Shown one piece after another: positions 10,131-19,948 of a stretch of DNA of 64,000 nucleotides. The DNA lies in the NCBI GenBank assembly GCA_964407925.1, contig CAYOXM010000003.1:5023-69022 (forward strand), in the 5' to 3' direction. The notes below the pieces were generated by a model. It had not been told where the DNA came from. It worked only from the letters and a program-made list of their open reading frames with translations, and searched no databases. The stretch is from an uncultured Gammaproteobacteria bacterium. Its GTDB lineage: Bacteria; Patescibacteriota; Patescibacteriia; SG8-24. The first letter of the stretch is position 1, and every line of letters starts with the position of its first letter. A program made the position numbers and the translations under genes.

Positions 10131-10268
10131 ACGCCTTCACCCTACCGCTTCGGCCCTTTAAAATGAAGCCGCGTCTCGCGCTGTTGCGCCATCGCGTCCG
10201 ATGCCGTAGGCTCACGGCGTCCCTGAGGGGAAAACGATCATTTTTCACGCGCCACGGAGGGTGCGACG

Positions 10269-10559
10269 ATGACGACGGAAAACAGGCGCGACCGCATCGC
10301 GCGGCTCAAACGCAAGTTCCTTCCCTTGAGCAAGATCCGCAGGCTCTTGGAGTTCGTGCGCTACGACCGCGCGAAGAACGGCCAGCTGCCGCATCCTTTC
10401 CCTGACGAATACGTGGAAGACTGCCGACAGGCGCTCTGGGAGCTGCTGCTCGAGGACTACGAAAACGACAACGACCGGCTGAGCCGCGTCCTCAGGCTCG
10501 CGGAGAAACGTCCGTCGGACCCGTTCATCAAGGCCGAGGCGCAGACGCCCGCGAAATGA
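10269..10559 (+). CDS. hypothetical protein
   Basis: GGAGG SD and a terminator hairpin at 10559-10579. Confidence 0.6.
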   Translation: MTTENRRDRIARLKRKFLPLSKIRRLLEFVRYDRAKNGQLPHPFPDEYVEDCRQALWELLLEDYENDNDRLSRVLRLAEKRPSDPFIKAEAQTPAK

Positions 10560-10662
10560 CCCGCAATCGCGGGTTTTTTACATGGCCGACGGTTGACTTC
10601 CGGTCCGAAAAATGCTAGCTTCGTGCGGCCGACGCTGACGCGTCGCGTGAGGAGAAAATGCC

Positions 10663-11844
10663 ATGACCGATCGTCGTTCTTTGAAACGCCCTACGTCGCG
10701 CCTTCCCCTTCGGCAATGCCTGAACGCGGACGCGCGGCTCGCCCTGCTCCGCGAGGACGGCCATGACGCCGACCTGCCGGGACCGCTCGCGGGATGCGAC
10801 GCCGCCGAACGCTTCATCGAAAACGCCGTCGGCGCGTTCCCCGTGCCGCTCGGAATTGCCACGAACTTCGTCGTGAACGGCGAGGAACGTCTCGTCGCCA
10901 TGGCGACCGAGGAACGCTCGGTCGTCGCTGCCGCGTCGTACGCCGCGAAGCTCTGCAGGGACACCGGCGGTTTCACGGTCGAGGTCGGACCGAACGTCGC
11001 CCGCGGGCAAATCCTGTTCGTGTCGTCGTCGTTCGGCGACGGCAGGGACGACGAAATCACGCTCCAGTGCCGCCGGATCGCCGAGGCGCTCGACCGCGAG
11101 GAACGGGCGCGTCGGCCGTCGCACTGCTCGCTCGCTGCCGACCCGTTCGCCCACTCGGTGGGCGCGCGCTGGCTCGACGGCGGCGTCGGCAGGCCGCACA
11201 TGCTGGTCGTCGACTTCCAGATGGACGTCGCCGACGCGATGGGCGCGAACGTCGTCACGCGCTTCGGCGAAAAGCTCGCGGCGCGCCTCAGGTCGCTGCT
11301 CGGCCTCCGCCGGACGGCGGTCATCTGCTCGAACGACCTCGCGTACCTGAACGGATCGGCCGTCAAGGCGACGGCGACGTGGCCGGTCGCGGCCGTCGGC
11401 GAACGCATCGCGGAAACGGTGGTGCGGCTGCAGCGGTGGGCGGAAAGCGACGGCTTCCGCGCCGTGACGCACAACAAGGGCGTCATGAACGGGGTCAGCG
11501 CCGTCGCGCTCGCCACGGGACAGGACGTCCGCGCCATCGAGGCGGCGGCGCACGCGGCCGCGGCGCACGAGGCGATGCCCTACGCGCAAAGCAAACCGCT
11601 CACGAAGTACGCGCTCGTCGGCAACGGCCTCGTCGGGACGCTCGCGCTCCGCGTGCCGCTCGGCACGGTGGGCGGCGCGACCGCGCACCCGATGGCAGCA
11701 TGGTGCCGACGGCTCATGGGCATCGAAAACGCGCGCGACCTCGCCGCGACCATCGCGGCCGCAGGCCTCGCGCAAAACTTCGCGGCGCTGCGCACGCTCG
11801 CCGACGAAGGCATTCCCGAGGCCCACGAACGCCTCAAACGGTGA
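10663..11844 (+). CDS. mvaA: class II HMG-CoA reductase
   Basis: IENAVG, MATEERSVVAAAS, DAMGAN, THNKGVMNG, ATGQD.RAIEA, GTVGG, GLAQNFAAL and GIPEAH motifs. Confidence 0.85.
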   Translation: MTDRRSLKRPTSRLPLRQCLNADARLALLREDGHDADLPGPLAGCDAAERFIENAVGAFPVPLGIATNFVVNGEERLVAMATEERSVVAAASYAAKLCRDTGGFTVEVGPNVARGQILFVSSSFGDGRDDEITLQCRRIAEALDREERARRPSHCSLAADPFAHSVGARWLDGGVGRPHMLVVDFQMDVADAMGANVVTRFGEKLAARLRSLLGLRRTAVICSNDLAYLNGSAVKATATWPVAAVGERIAETVVRLQRWAESDGFRAVTHNKGVMNGVSAVALATGQDVRAIEAAAHAAAAHEAMPYAQSKPLTKYALVGNGLVGTLALRVPLGTVGGATAHPMAAWCRRLMGIENARDLAATIAAAGLAQNFAALRTLADEGIPEAHERLKR

Positions 11845-11924
11845 ACGGCCCCGCTTCTCGCGGGGTTTTCTTTTTGCGGCGGTTACGGCAGGATGCTTTC
11901 GCCGCTCGACGGCACGGAGGAACG

Positions 11925-12470
11925 ATGACGACCGACACCGAGACGATCACGCGCCCTTTTCGCACCATCGGCTTCGTCGCCGCGCTCGCAGCCGCGGCCG
12001 CGGCAGGAGTGACCGCCGGCTGGCTGCTCAAACCCGACCGCGCGAGGACCGAAACCGTCGCCCCGACGCGCGACGGTTCGCCCGGGGCGATTGCCGAACG
12101 CAACGCCGTCTGGCGCGTCTTGAACGGCAAGGACGCCGACGTGCCCGACGGTCCGGCCAAATCGCTCGGCTTCGCGCTCAAGGCCGCGCTCGACAAGGAT
12201 TCGCCGGTGCCGCTCCGCGACCGCGCGATGGGCGCGCTCATGAACAAGAGCGTGCTCTACTTCACCCCGGACGAAATCGACGAGGTAATGGGCGTGATGG
12301 TCGAAGGCGCCCCCGATGACCGCGCCGACGTCCTCCGCCGCATCCTCGCCGCCGACGACCGCGCGTGCGCTTTCGTCCGCGGCATCCTCGCCGACAAGCG
12401 GCGCATCGCGCTGTTTGCGGCCGGAAAACAAATTCCGCTCGAGACGCTTCCCGACGGCACGACGCCCTGA
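11925..12470 (+). CDS. hypothetical membrane-anchored protein
   Basis: GGAGG SD before ATG 11925, N-terminal hydrophobic helix, terminator at 12475-12499. Confidence 0.65.
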   Translation: MTTDTETITRPFRTIGFVAALAAAAAAGVTAGWLLKPDRARTETVAPTRDGSPGAIAERNAVWRVLNGKDADVPDGPAKSLGFALKAALDKDSPVPLRDRAMGALMNKSVLYFTPDEIDEVMGVMVEGAPDDRADVLRRILAADDRACAFVRGILADKRRIALFAAGKQIPLETLPDGTTP

Positions 12471-12534
12471 CCTCGCCGCCCCTTCCGGGCGGTTTTTTTA
12501 TGCAAAAACATCCGCTTTCGGCGGATGTTCCTGA

Positions 12535-12730
12535 TGGTCGGGGCGACAGGGATTTCACTGCTCGCCTCCGCCTCCTCGCACTGGGCTGCGGGGCGGGCTG
12601 CGCTCGCGGGAACCTTCGGGTTCCCGCGGACCCTCCTCGAAATGCGGAAACCTCCCGGTTTCCGCCCCTTCCCCGACCCAATCCCTGTCGCAACAAAAAA
12701 AGTTCCCCACCATCGGTGAGAAACTTTTTT
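12535..12730 (-). repeat. structured element downstream of tRNA-Pro, ending in a 20-bp direct copy of the tRNA 3' end
   Basis: TGGTCGGGGCGACAGGGATT at 12535-12554 is identical to 12731-12750; inverted partial copies lie at 12671-12678 and 12680-12691; internal hairpins are present. Confidence 0.8.
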
Positions 12731-12805
12731 TGGTCGGGGCGACAGGGATTGAACCTGCGGCCTCTCGGTCCCGAACCGAGCGCACTACCACTGTGCTACG
12801 CCCCG
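12731..12805 (-). tRNA. tRNA-Pro (anticodon CGG)
   Basis: Reverse complement CGGGGCGTAGCACAGTGGTAGTGCGCTCGG-TT-CGG-GA-CCGAG...GGTTCAATCCCTGTCGCCCCGACCA. Confidence 0.96.
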
Positions 12806-12907
12806 ATGAGCGAATACTGAACGCGGTTGAGGATAACGCATCCCCCGTTTTTCTTCAAGTGTCCCGCGCGAGGAAAGGAAAACCGCCCGAGAGGGGCGGT
12901 CAAAAGC

Positions 12908-13531
12908 TCACGCGACGATGGCGATCATCGTCTCCGGTTCCGCCTTGCGCCGTCCGAGGACGGCGGTCTTGGCGAAGAGGCGAAGGAGCGGGCGGAGTCG
13001 TTCGGCGTTCTCGGCGTCGCCGACGGCGACGAAACCGAGGAAATGCACCGAGGTCGCGAGGAGTCCCGCGCGGACGCTCAACCGCAGGCGCTGGCCGATG
13101 TCGTCCCAGCGGTTCTCCTCGAACGCGTGCCACAGCGGCTCGCCGAGCGTCTCCCAGAACACGGTCTGCATCCGGTCATATGCCGAAGCGCCCATGCGCG
13201 CGGAAAGCGCCCCGGAAAAACGGCCGCACACGGACGATCGGAGTTCCTCGCCGAGGTCGCCCTCGACCTGGCCCCAGTACGCGTCACGGTCGGCGGCGCC
13301 GTCCGCGAGCGAGACGAACGCGACGTCATCGGGCGCGCGTCCGACGGCGGCTCCCACGGCGGAACGGACGTCGTCCTTCCGCATGGCATTCGCGGGCGCG
13401 AGGTCGAAGAAGCCGTTATCGGCCTTCCGGCACAAGGGTTCGATCAGTTCGATTTCAGACCGCACCAGTTTGGCGCGGCTTCCGGACATGCCGATAAGGA
13501 AAGCCTTGAGCGAATGACGATCTGACAGCAT
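12908..13531 (-). CDS. hypothetical protein, paralog of 56963-57562
   Basis: GAAAGGA SD; C-terminus FLGFVAVGDAENAERLRPLLRLFAKTAVLGRRKAEPETMIAIVA resembles the end of 56963-57562. Confidence 0.7.
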   Translation of the reverse strand: MLSDRHSLKAFLIGMSGSRAKLVRSEIELIEPLCRKADNGFFDLAPANAMRKDDVRSAVGAAVGRAPDDVAFVSLADGAADRDAYWGQVEGDLGEELRSSVCGRFSGALSARMGASAYDRMQTVFWETLGEPLWHAFEENRWDDIGQRLRLSVRAGLLATSVHFLGFVAVGDAENAERLRPLLRLFAKTAVLGRRKAEPETMIAIVA

Positions 13532-13714
13532 GGGAAACCGTCCTTTCGGGCGAGGCGTCGCGAAAGCAAAAGAACGTAACCCCTTCGTTCTGCTCCTCTT
13601 CGCGCAGGCCGTCAATGCCGCTTGTGGATGGCCGCGTTACCTTTTCGCGCATGACCCGTACTATAGAGGTAAAGCGCTCGCCTGCCCTTCCGGCGTGCGG
13701 TATACTGTAAACCT

Positions 13715-14344
13715 ATGACTAACGACATCCATTCGTTCGTGCGGGAGTCGCTGTCGCGGAAAATTCCGCGCAACGACATCCGCAAGGCGCTCCACGACGC
13801 GAAGTGGCAGGACGACGAGATCGAGGCCGCGCTCGGCGCATACGCCGACGTCGATTTCCCCGTGCCCGTGCCGCGCCGCCGACCGTACCTGTCGGCGCGC
13901 GAGGCGTTCATCTACCTCGTGCTGTTCCTCTGCCTCTACATCAGCGCGTTCAGCTTCGGGAAACTGCTGTTCGACTTCATCAACCACTGGGTGCCTGACG
14001 CGCTCCAGAACTACGGCTACTCGGACGTCTCCGGCGTGCGCATGTCGGTCGCGTCGCTCATCGTCGCCTTCCCGGTCTACTTGTGGCTCACGTGGCTGAT
14101 GCTTTCGGAAATCCGCCGCGACTCGGACAAGAAAAGTTCGAAGATCCGCAAGTGGCTGACCTACATCACGCTCTTCGTCGCCGCCGGCGTCATCATCGGC
14201 GACCTCATCACCCTCTTGTTCAACCTGCTCGGCGGAGAACTGACCCTGCGCTTCCTGCTCAAGGTGCTCACGGTCCTCCTCATCGCCGGGCTCATCTTCG
14301 GTTACTACCTATGGGATCTCCGCAAGGAAGAAAAGGGCGCGTAA
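13715..14344 (+). CDS. DUF5671-like membrane protein
   Basis: PVPVP, SAREAFIYLVLF, VAFPVYLWL, RKWLTYITLFVAA and GELTLRFLLK motifs. Confidence 0.8.
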   Translation: MTNDIHSFVRESLSRKIPRNDIRKALHDAKWQDDEIEAALGAYADVDFPVPVPRRRPYLSAREAFIYLVLFLCLYISAFSFGKLLFDFINHWVPDALQNYGYSDVSGVRMSVASLIVAFPVYLWLTWLMLSEIRRDSDKKSSKIRKWLTYITLFVAAGVIIGDLITLLFNLLGGELTLRFLLKVLTVLLIAGLIFGYYLWDLRKEEKGA

Positions 14345-15186
14345 ACGGCCTGACGATTTTCGTCGCCGCCGTCGTCCTGATGGTCGCCGCGACCGTGGGT
14401 ACCGGCCTGTACCTGGCGGGGTCGCCGAGCAAAGAGCGCGGCCGGCGCTTCGACGAACAGCGCGTGTCGAACCTGCAGTCGCTCGTGAACGCCGTCAACT
14501 CCCGCTTCGAACGCACGGGCGTCCTGCCGCAATCCATCGAGGAGCTCAGCGCGCCCGGCAGCGCGGAAAGCTACGTCGTCGGATCGACGAACGACCCTTC
14601 GACGCTCGAGCAGTACGAGTATCATGCGACCGGCGAATCGACGTATGAGGTCTGCGCCGCCTTCGACCTCGCGACGCCGGCATCGCCCGCAACGCCGGGG
14701 ATGAAACGGCCGTACGCGGCGACCGCGCCCGAAATGTACCCGATGGATCCGACGGTGAAGGACTGGAGCCATCCCGCGGGACGGCACTGCTTCCCGGTCG
14801 ACGCGTCGCTCATGTCCCCGCGCGTCGCCTGCAGCCTGACGAACCCCTGCGCCGCCGGGCAATCCTGCGTCACGCTTCCCGGAAAAAAGGGGTCGGTCTG
14901 CGTCCCGTCGGGCAAGGAGTGCCTCGCCGCGGGTTGCGAAGGCACCTGCGTCGTCGCGGAAAGCTACCCGGCCCAGATCAGCTGCGCTCCGACGGCCGGC
15001 AAACGGCCTCCGAACGCCGAGGGAAACGCCTGCGACCTGATGCGCAATAAGAAGACCGGCGCGATCGATTGCTACGGCATGGGAAAAAGCCTCGCTCCGG
15101 GGTGGGAACCGTATTCGACCACAGACGTCGGCATTCCCTATTCCTGCTACGTCGACGCGAACGGCGAGTGCGCGCTCGCGCAATGA
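14311..15186 (+). CDS. membrane-anchored partner of the DUF5671 protein, with a Cys-rich C-terminal extension
   Basis: TM followed by GSP...R..RFDEQRVSNLQ...DP.T...YEY...YEVCAAF...W.HPAGRHCF; start uncertain, overlaps the upstream gene. Confidence 0.7.
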   Translation: MGSPQGRKGRVNGLTIFVAAVVLMVAATVGTGLYLAGSPSKERGRRFDEQRVSNLQSLVNAVNSRFERTGVLPQSIEELSAPGSAESYVVGSTNDPSTLEQYEYHATGESTYEVCAAFDLATPASPATPGMKRPYAATAPEMYPMDPTVKDWSHPAGRHCFPVDASLMSPRVACSLTNPCAAGQSCVTLPGKKGSVCVPSGKECLAAGCEGTCVVAESYPAQISCAPTAGKRPPNAEGNACDLMRNKKTGAIDCYGMGKSLAPGWEPYSTTDVGIPYSCYVDANGECALAQ

Positions 15187-15312
15187 CATGACCGGAAAGG
15201 CCCGCGTGCCGCGGGCCTTTTTCGTTCCGTGGCCACCGTTGACGCCGCGTCCCGCCCGGACTATGCTGCCTTGTCGCCCTTTCACTACGGCTCGCGTCGC
15301 AAGGAGTAGGCC

Positions 15313-16413
15313 ATGTTCAAGGCGCTCAATCGCAAGGCGTTCGGCGTCGTTTCGCCGCTCGAAGTCCTGCTGTTCCTGGCTTTTTTCGCCCTGCTGTCCA
15401 CGATTGCCCGCTGGCAATTCGCCGCCGCGCTTATCGCCGGACTGTTCGTCCACGAGATGGGCCACGTCGTCGCCATGCGCGCGTACGGCATGCGCATCAA
15501 GGGCGTGTACTTCGTCTTCCCGTTCGGCGCGGTGATTCCGCTCGTCGGCACGCCGCCGTCGCGCTTCTCGGAAGCGATCATCGGCCTCGCCGGACCGGCG
15601 GCGGGACTGCTCACCGCGATCGCCGCGTTTGCGGCTTACGCCGTCACGCACGAGACGGCCTTCGCCGGCGTCGCGGGAATCTACGCCTTCTTCAACTTGT
15701 TCAACCTCCTGCCGGCCCGTCCGCTCGACGGCGGCAGGGCGGCGAGCGCGCTCGCGTTCTCCCTCGGCGACACGGCAGGCCTCGTCCTTCAGGGCGCGGC
15801 CGTGGCGTTCTGCGCGTGGGCGGGATTGCGGCACGTCCCCATCCTGCTGCTCGTCGCGCTCGTCGGCTGGTCGGAGCTGCGCGGCGAATTGCGCCGCGCG
15901 CGCCGCGCCGAGGACCGCCGCCGAATCGTCGACGCGCTCGCGAAGGCGTTCGGTTGTCCGGCGTCGGCGCGGTCCGTCCGCGCGGCCGTCCGCCTGTACC
16001 AGACGAACGTCGTCGGGTTCGGCGACGAAGCGGCGCTCGTCGCCTGGATCAGGATGTTCCGCCGCGAGCCCGAACAGCCGCTCGGCGCCGACGAGGCGCG
16101 CCGCGAACTGCTCGCGGTTCCCGCCGCCATCGCGGCGTCGGCGCGCGTCGGCCGCATCCCCCTCTTCGCGACCGCGACGGAATTCGTCACGGGCCTCGAC
16201 GAGCTTCAGTCGTTCGCGCCGCCGATCCGCGAAGAGGATTCGCCGCTCGCCACGTTCCTCGCCGAGACGGAGCGCCCGCGCATGGGCGTCGGCAGCGGCC
16301 TCGCGGTCCTCGCCGCCTACGTCGGCCTCGCGGCGCTCCTGTGGCTCTGCATCGGACTGGCCGACGGCATCGCCGACCTCGACGCGTTCACGCGCTACGC
16401 CTTCCGGCGCTGA
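15313..16413 (+). CDS. site-2 protease (M50) family membrane metalloprotease
   Basis: HEMGH, LAGP and NLFNLLPARPLDGG motifs. Confidence 0.88.
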   Translation: MFKALNRKAFGVVSPLEVLLFLAFFALLSTIARWQFAAALIAGLFVHEMGHVVAMRAYGMRIKGVYFVFPFGAVIPLVGTPPSRFSEAIIGLAGPAAGLLTAIAAFAAYAVTHETAFAGVAGIYAFFNLFNLLPARPLDGGRAASALAFSLGDTAGLVLQGAAVAFCAWAGLRHVPILLLVALVGWSELRGELRRARRAEDRRRIVDALAKAFGCPASARSVRAAVRLYQTNVVGFGDEAALVAWIRMFRREPEQPLGADEARRELLAVPAAIAASARVGRIPLFATATEFVTGLDELQSFAPPIREEDSPLATFLAETERPRMGVGSGLAVLAAYVGLAALLWLCIGLADGIADLDAFTRYAFRR

Positions 16414-16498
16414 CCGACGCCCGCATCCCGCGGGCGTTTTTCTTATGCCGCGGCATCGGTTACGATGACGCCGTCCTTTCGCCGCACGGAGGCAGTTC

Positions 16499-16825
16499 AT
16501 GGAGCGCGACTTCGTCATCGTCACCTTCGCCGACCTGGAACTCGCGACCGCGCTCGAAGCCGATCCCGGCGCGGCGCTCCGCTTCAAGGATCCCGAGCGT
16601 TGGCACGCATTCTGCCGGAACGTCCGCGCCGCGCTCGCGGAAGGCCTGCGCATCGACGTCCATTCCGCTTATGCCGACGCGCTGCCGGAACCGCAACGCT
16701 GGCGCGTACCGCTCGCGGAAGCGCCGGAACCGTGGCGGTCGCGGATAGCGCGGGCGCTCACGTCGCTCGCGCCGCCTGACGCGTCCCGCGCGGACGCGAC
16801 GCGAAACGCGAACTTCGTCTTCTGA
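16499..16825 (+). CDS. hypothetical protein
   Basis: GGAGG SD before ATG; natural composition; hairpin downstream. Confidence 0.55.
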   Translation: MERDFVIVTFADLELATALEADPGAALRFKDPERWHAFCRNVRAALAEGLRIDVHSAYADALPEPQRWRVPLAEAPEPWRSRIARALTSLAPPDASRADATRNANFVF

Positions 16826-16871
16826 AAAACGGGACCCTCTCCGGCCCCGTTTTCCTTTTTCGCGCGGACGC

Positions 16872-17990
16872 CTAACCGAAAGTGAACGCGTATGCCTCGA
16901 CTCCTTCATCCAGGAAACGAATGCGCAACGTGTGCTCCTCGTACGCGCCCTTCCCGTCGACGAGCGAATACAGGCGCTCCTCGTCGACCGTCACCATCGT
17001 GTATCCGCCCTCATCCTTCACGTCGGCCCCGCGCATCGCTTGCGGCACGGGAGCGCCGTCGACCGTCACGATCGCGCGCTTCTTTCCGCCGATACCCGGC
17101 CCCATGACGAGGTTGGCGTTCGACGCCAAGTAACGGAAAACGATTTCCCCTGGCGCCTTGGCGAGCACCGCACGTTCGGCTTCCACGCGCCACGACCCCT
17201 CGAGGTAAAAAAGGTTGCGGTCGGGCGAGAGCGCCGACGTGTACTCTTGCGTCCTGTCGCGCAGGACCTCCTCCTCGCTCCCGAGGAACTCCTGCCGCCC
17301 GTACCCGATGTATGTCTCGGGCGTGCCGATTTTCGAAAAATCCGTCGTCGTCGGCATGTCCGTCACCGGCACGCTCGCGTCCGCGCCGGCCTCGGCGAGC
17401 AGGTCCTGGATGTGCTTTTCCGTCACGTCGTAATTGCCTTCACCGAAATGCGTGTAGCGGAGCCGCCCCTTGGCGTCGAACAGGTATTCGGCGGGCCAGT
17501 AACTATTGTCGTACGCGTCCCACGTGGCGTACTCGTTATCGAGCGCGACGGGATAGCCGATGCCGTGCCGTCGCGTCGCCTCGGCCACGTTCTTTTCGGA
17601 CTTCTCGAACGCGAACTCGGGCGTATGCACGCCGACGACGACGAGACCCTTGTCCTCGTACTTCCCGTACCACGACGTGACGTACGGCAGCGTGCGGATG
17701 CAATTGATGCAGGAGTAGGTCCAAAAATCCACGAGCACGACCTTTCCCTTCAACGACTCCGGCGTGAGCGGCGGCGAATTCAGCCATGACGTCACTCCTG
17801 CGAACGGCGGCATCGCCGCGGCGATGACCGGGAGTTCCGCCATTTTCGAAAGGTCGGCGACGGTGCCCGAGACGCGCGCGTCGGGCGCGGCCGGCATGTC
17901 TTCGCCCCCGAGGCGCACGTTCACGATCCACGCCATGAGCACGAGGGCTGTGAGCCCGGCAAGGGCGGCGACGGCGGCATTGCTTTTCAT
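16872..17990 (-). CDS. DipZ-like thioredoxin-domain protein
   Basis: DFWTYSCINCIRT, GVHTPEFAFE, TPETY.G and AYAFTFG motifs. Confidence 0.9.
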   Translation of the reverse strand: MKSNAAVAALAGLTALVLMAWIVNVRLGGEDMPAAPDARVSGTVADLSKMAELPVIAAAMPPFAGVTSWLNSPPLTPESLKGKVVLVDFWTYSCINCIRTLPYVTSWYGKYEDKGLVVVGVHTPEFAFEKSEKNVAEATRRHGIGYPVALDNEYATWDAYDNSYWPAEYLFDAKGRLRYTHFGEGNYDVTEKHIQDLLAEAGADASVPVTDMPTTTDFSKIGTPETYIGYGRQEFLGSEEEVLRDRTQEYTSALSPDRNLFYLEGSWRVEAERAVLAKAPGEIVFRYLASNANLVMGPGIGGKKRAIVTVDGAPVPQAMRGADVKDEGGYTMVTVDEERLYSLVDGKGAYEEHTLRIRFLDEGVEAYAFTFG

Positions 17991-17994
17991 ACGG

Positions 17995-18705
17995 TCACAG
18001 TTTCGACGTGAACGTCGACGGGTAGAATTGAATGAGCCACGTCTGGAACGCGAGATCGTAGCCGGTCAGGATGAGGAGGGCCATCGCGACGACCATGACG
18101 CCGAAAATCTTGTTCAGGACGTGTTGCCATCTTCCGATGCCGAGCAGCCGCTTCTGGATGACCTGCCCGCCGTAGGCGATGCCGCCCATGGGCACGCCGG
18201 CGCCGAGCGCGTAGGCGAACATGAGGAAGAGCGTCGTCACGTAGTCGTTCGTCCTTGTCGCGAGCGTCAGGATGGAACCGAGTATCGGTCCGGCGCACGG
18301 CGTCCAGACGAGCCCGAGGGAAACGCCGACGAGCAGGCCCGAGGCGGCGTCGGTCCTCGTCCGCGCGCCCCCGGAGACTTTTGCGCTAAGACGTGCGAGC
18401 ACCGGCTGGAGGCCGGCCATGGCGCGGTCATAGACGCTTTCAAACAGCAGTGCGAGACCGAACAGCAGCAGCAGCGCGACGGCGACGGTCCGGAACGCCT
18501 CGTTCGAGACGCCGAAAAACGTTCCCGCCGTCGCGAAGGCGGCGCCGAGGACGCTGAAGCTGCCGACGAAGCCGACGATCGTCATGAGCGGCCGCCACGG
18601 GGACTTGCCGCCGCTCGTGCCAAGCAGGAACGGGAGGAGCGGCAGGATGCACGGCGCGAGTATGGTGAGGAAACCGGCGGCGATGGCGAGAAAAAAGACG
18701 CCCAT
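17995..18705 (-). CDS. ccdA: cytochrome c biogenesis CcdA / DsbD-beta membrane protein
   Basis: LAPCILPLLP and VWTPCAGPILG motifs. Confidence 0.88.
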   Translation of the reverse strand: MGVFFLAIAAGFLTILAPCILPLLPFLLGTSGGKSPWRPLMTIVGFVGSFSVLGAAFATAGTFFGVSNEAFRTVAVALLLLFGLALLFESVYDRAMAGLQPVLARLSAKVSGGARTRTDAASGLLVGVSLGLVWTPCAGPILGSILTLATRTNDYVTTLFLMFAYALGAGVPMGGIAYGGQVIQKRLLGIGRWQHVLNKIFGVMVVAMALLILTGYDLAFQTWLIQFYPSTFTSKL

Positions 18706-18706
18706 A

Positions 18707-19222
18707 TCACCTCGTTGCCGCGACGGCGAGCGCGGCCTGCAGGTCGGCGTCGCTCGTCGGACCCGTGAACCGCGCCGACTCGTTGCCGTGCGTGTCCAAG
18801 ATGACGGTCGTGTGCTGGTACGGCACGCGGAACGCCTTCTTCATGTCTTCCTGAACGTCGTAGTCGACGCGGAATCCCGCGACGGCCACCGCGCTCCCCT
18901 CGACGGACGCCTTCACTTTCGGTTCTTCGGCGCGGCAAATCGGACACCAGCCCGCCCAGAAATACAGCAGAACCGGCCGACCCTCGGCCTTCGCCTTGGC
19001 GTATCCTTCGGCGGAATACGCGACGTAATACGGTTTCCGCGCCGGGACCTCCGCGTCCGGTCCGCCGTCCGTCGCACCTGCGGGCGACGACACGTCGACC
19101 TCGGCGCGTTCGACGGGCGGAGCCGTCGGAAGTTCGAGTGCCGGCTGCACGGGCTTGCAGCCCGCACCGATGAGGAGGACGCCGACGAGCGCGGACGCGG
19201 CGAAAAGGGAGTTTACGGACAT
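18707..19222 (-). CDS. thioredoxin-family lipoprotein
   Basis: LIGAGC lipobox-like sequence, FWAGWCPIC, YQHT. Confidence 0.85.
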   Translation of the reverse strand: MSVNSLFAASALVGVLLIGAGCKPVQPALELPTAPPVERAEVDVSSPAGATDGGPDAEVPARKPYYVAYSAEGYAKAKAEGRPVLLYFWAGWCPICRAEEPKVKASVEGSAVAVAGFRVDYDVQEDMKKAFRVPYQHTTVILDTHGNESARFTGPTSDADLQAALAVAATR

Positions 19223-19289
19223 AAGGCGGTTATAACTACGTGCGGAAGTATACCAAAAAAGGCGCCTAAGCGCCTTCGTTTCCCGTACC

Positions 19290-19826
19290 CTATCGCTGCA
19301 GCAAGAAAGCGACGCCGGTGAAGGCCAGCCCCGCGCCGCCGGCGGCCGCCAACCATGCGGCCTTCGTGGGCGACTTCGCCTTCGCGAGCGCGGACGTCGA
19401 CAGGCCGAGCAGGACGAGCATCAGCACCTTTGAGAGCTCGCAGAAAAGGCACACCACTCCGAGCCACAGGTATTCTATGCCGGAAAGGTATGCGGAAAAG
19501 ACGAGCGACCCGAGCGTGAAGAGCTGTATCATGCGCCACGCGTCCTTCACGCGCAGGGCGATGAGCCCGGCAACCGCGAGGAAATACGTGAGTCCGAGGA
19601 CGGACACGGGGATGCCGGCGAGTTCGGAGAACACGCTCTGGTTGACGATCTGACACGAAAAACTGCCGCCGAAATCGCACAACGAGCTCCCGCCCTTGTG
19701 AAAATGCAGGTAGGTCAAGTACGACATGAACGCCGCGCCGAGCGTGGCGACGGTCATGGCGGCGTATTCGGCCTTGGCGTACGCGGCCGATTTCGCTTCG
19801 GACGCGATCGTTTCGTGAAACGGCAT
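19290..19826 (-). CDS. vitamin K epoxide reductase (VKOR) family protein
   Basis: C......SC..V.QS.FS...GIPVS..G pattern and CLFC redox motif. Confidence 0.88.
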   Translation of the reverse strand: MPFHETIASEAKSAAYAKAEYAAMTVATLGAAFMSYLTYLHFHKGGSSLCDFGGSFSCQIVNQSVFSELAGIPVSVLGLTYFLAVAGLIALRVKDAWRMIQLFTLGSLVFSAYLSGIEYLWLGVVCLFCELSKVLMLVLLGLSTSALAKAKSPTKAAWLAAAGGAGLAFTGVAFLLQR

Positions 19827-19948
19827 ATCGGGTCGAGGATAGCGCGAAATCGGCCTTTTGTCGAGGACGCGGAGGGTTGCGTCGCCGCCTGACCGTGCTA
19901 CAGTGGCGGCGCTCCGCGTAACCGCGGGAAACGCACAAAGGAGGAGTC

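Noticed and set aside
10794-11924. Long ORF overlapping mvaA in another frame
   Set aside because: High-GC shadow frame; only 11925-12470 looks coding.
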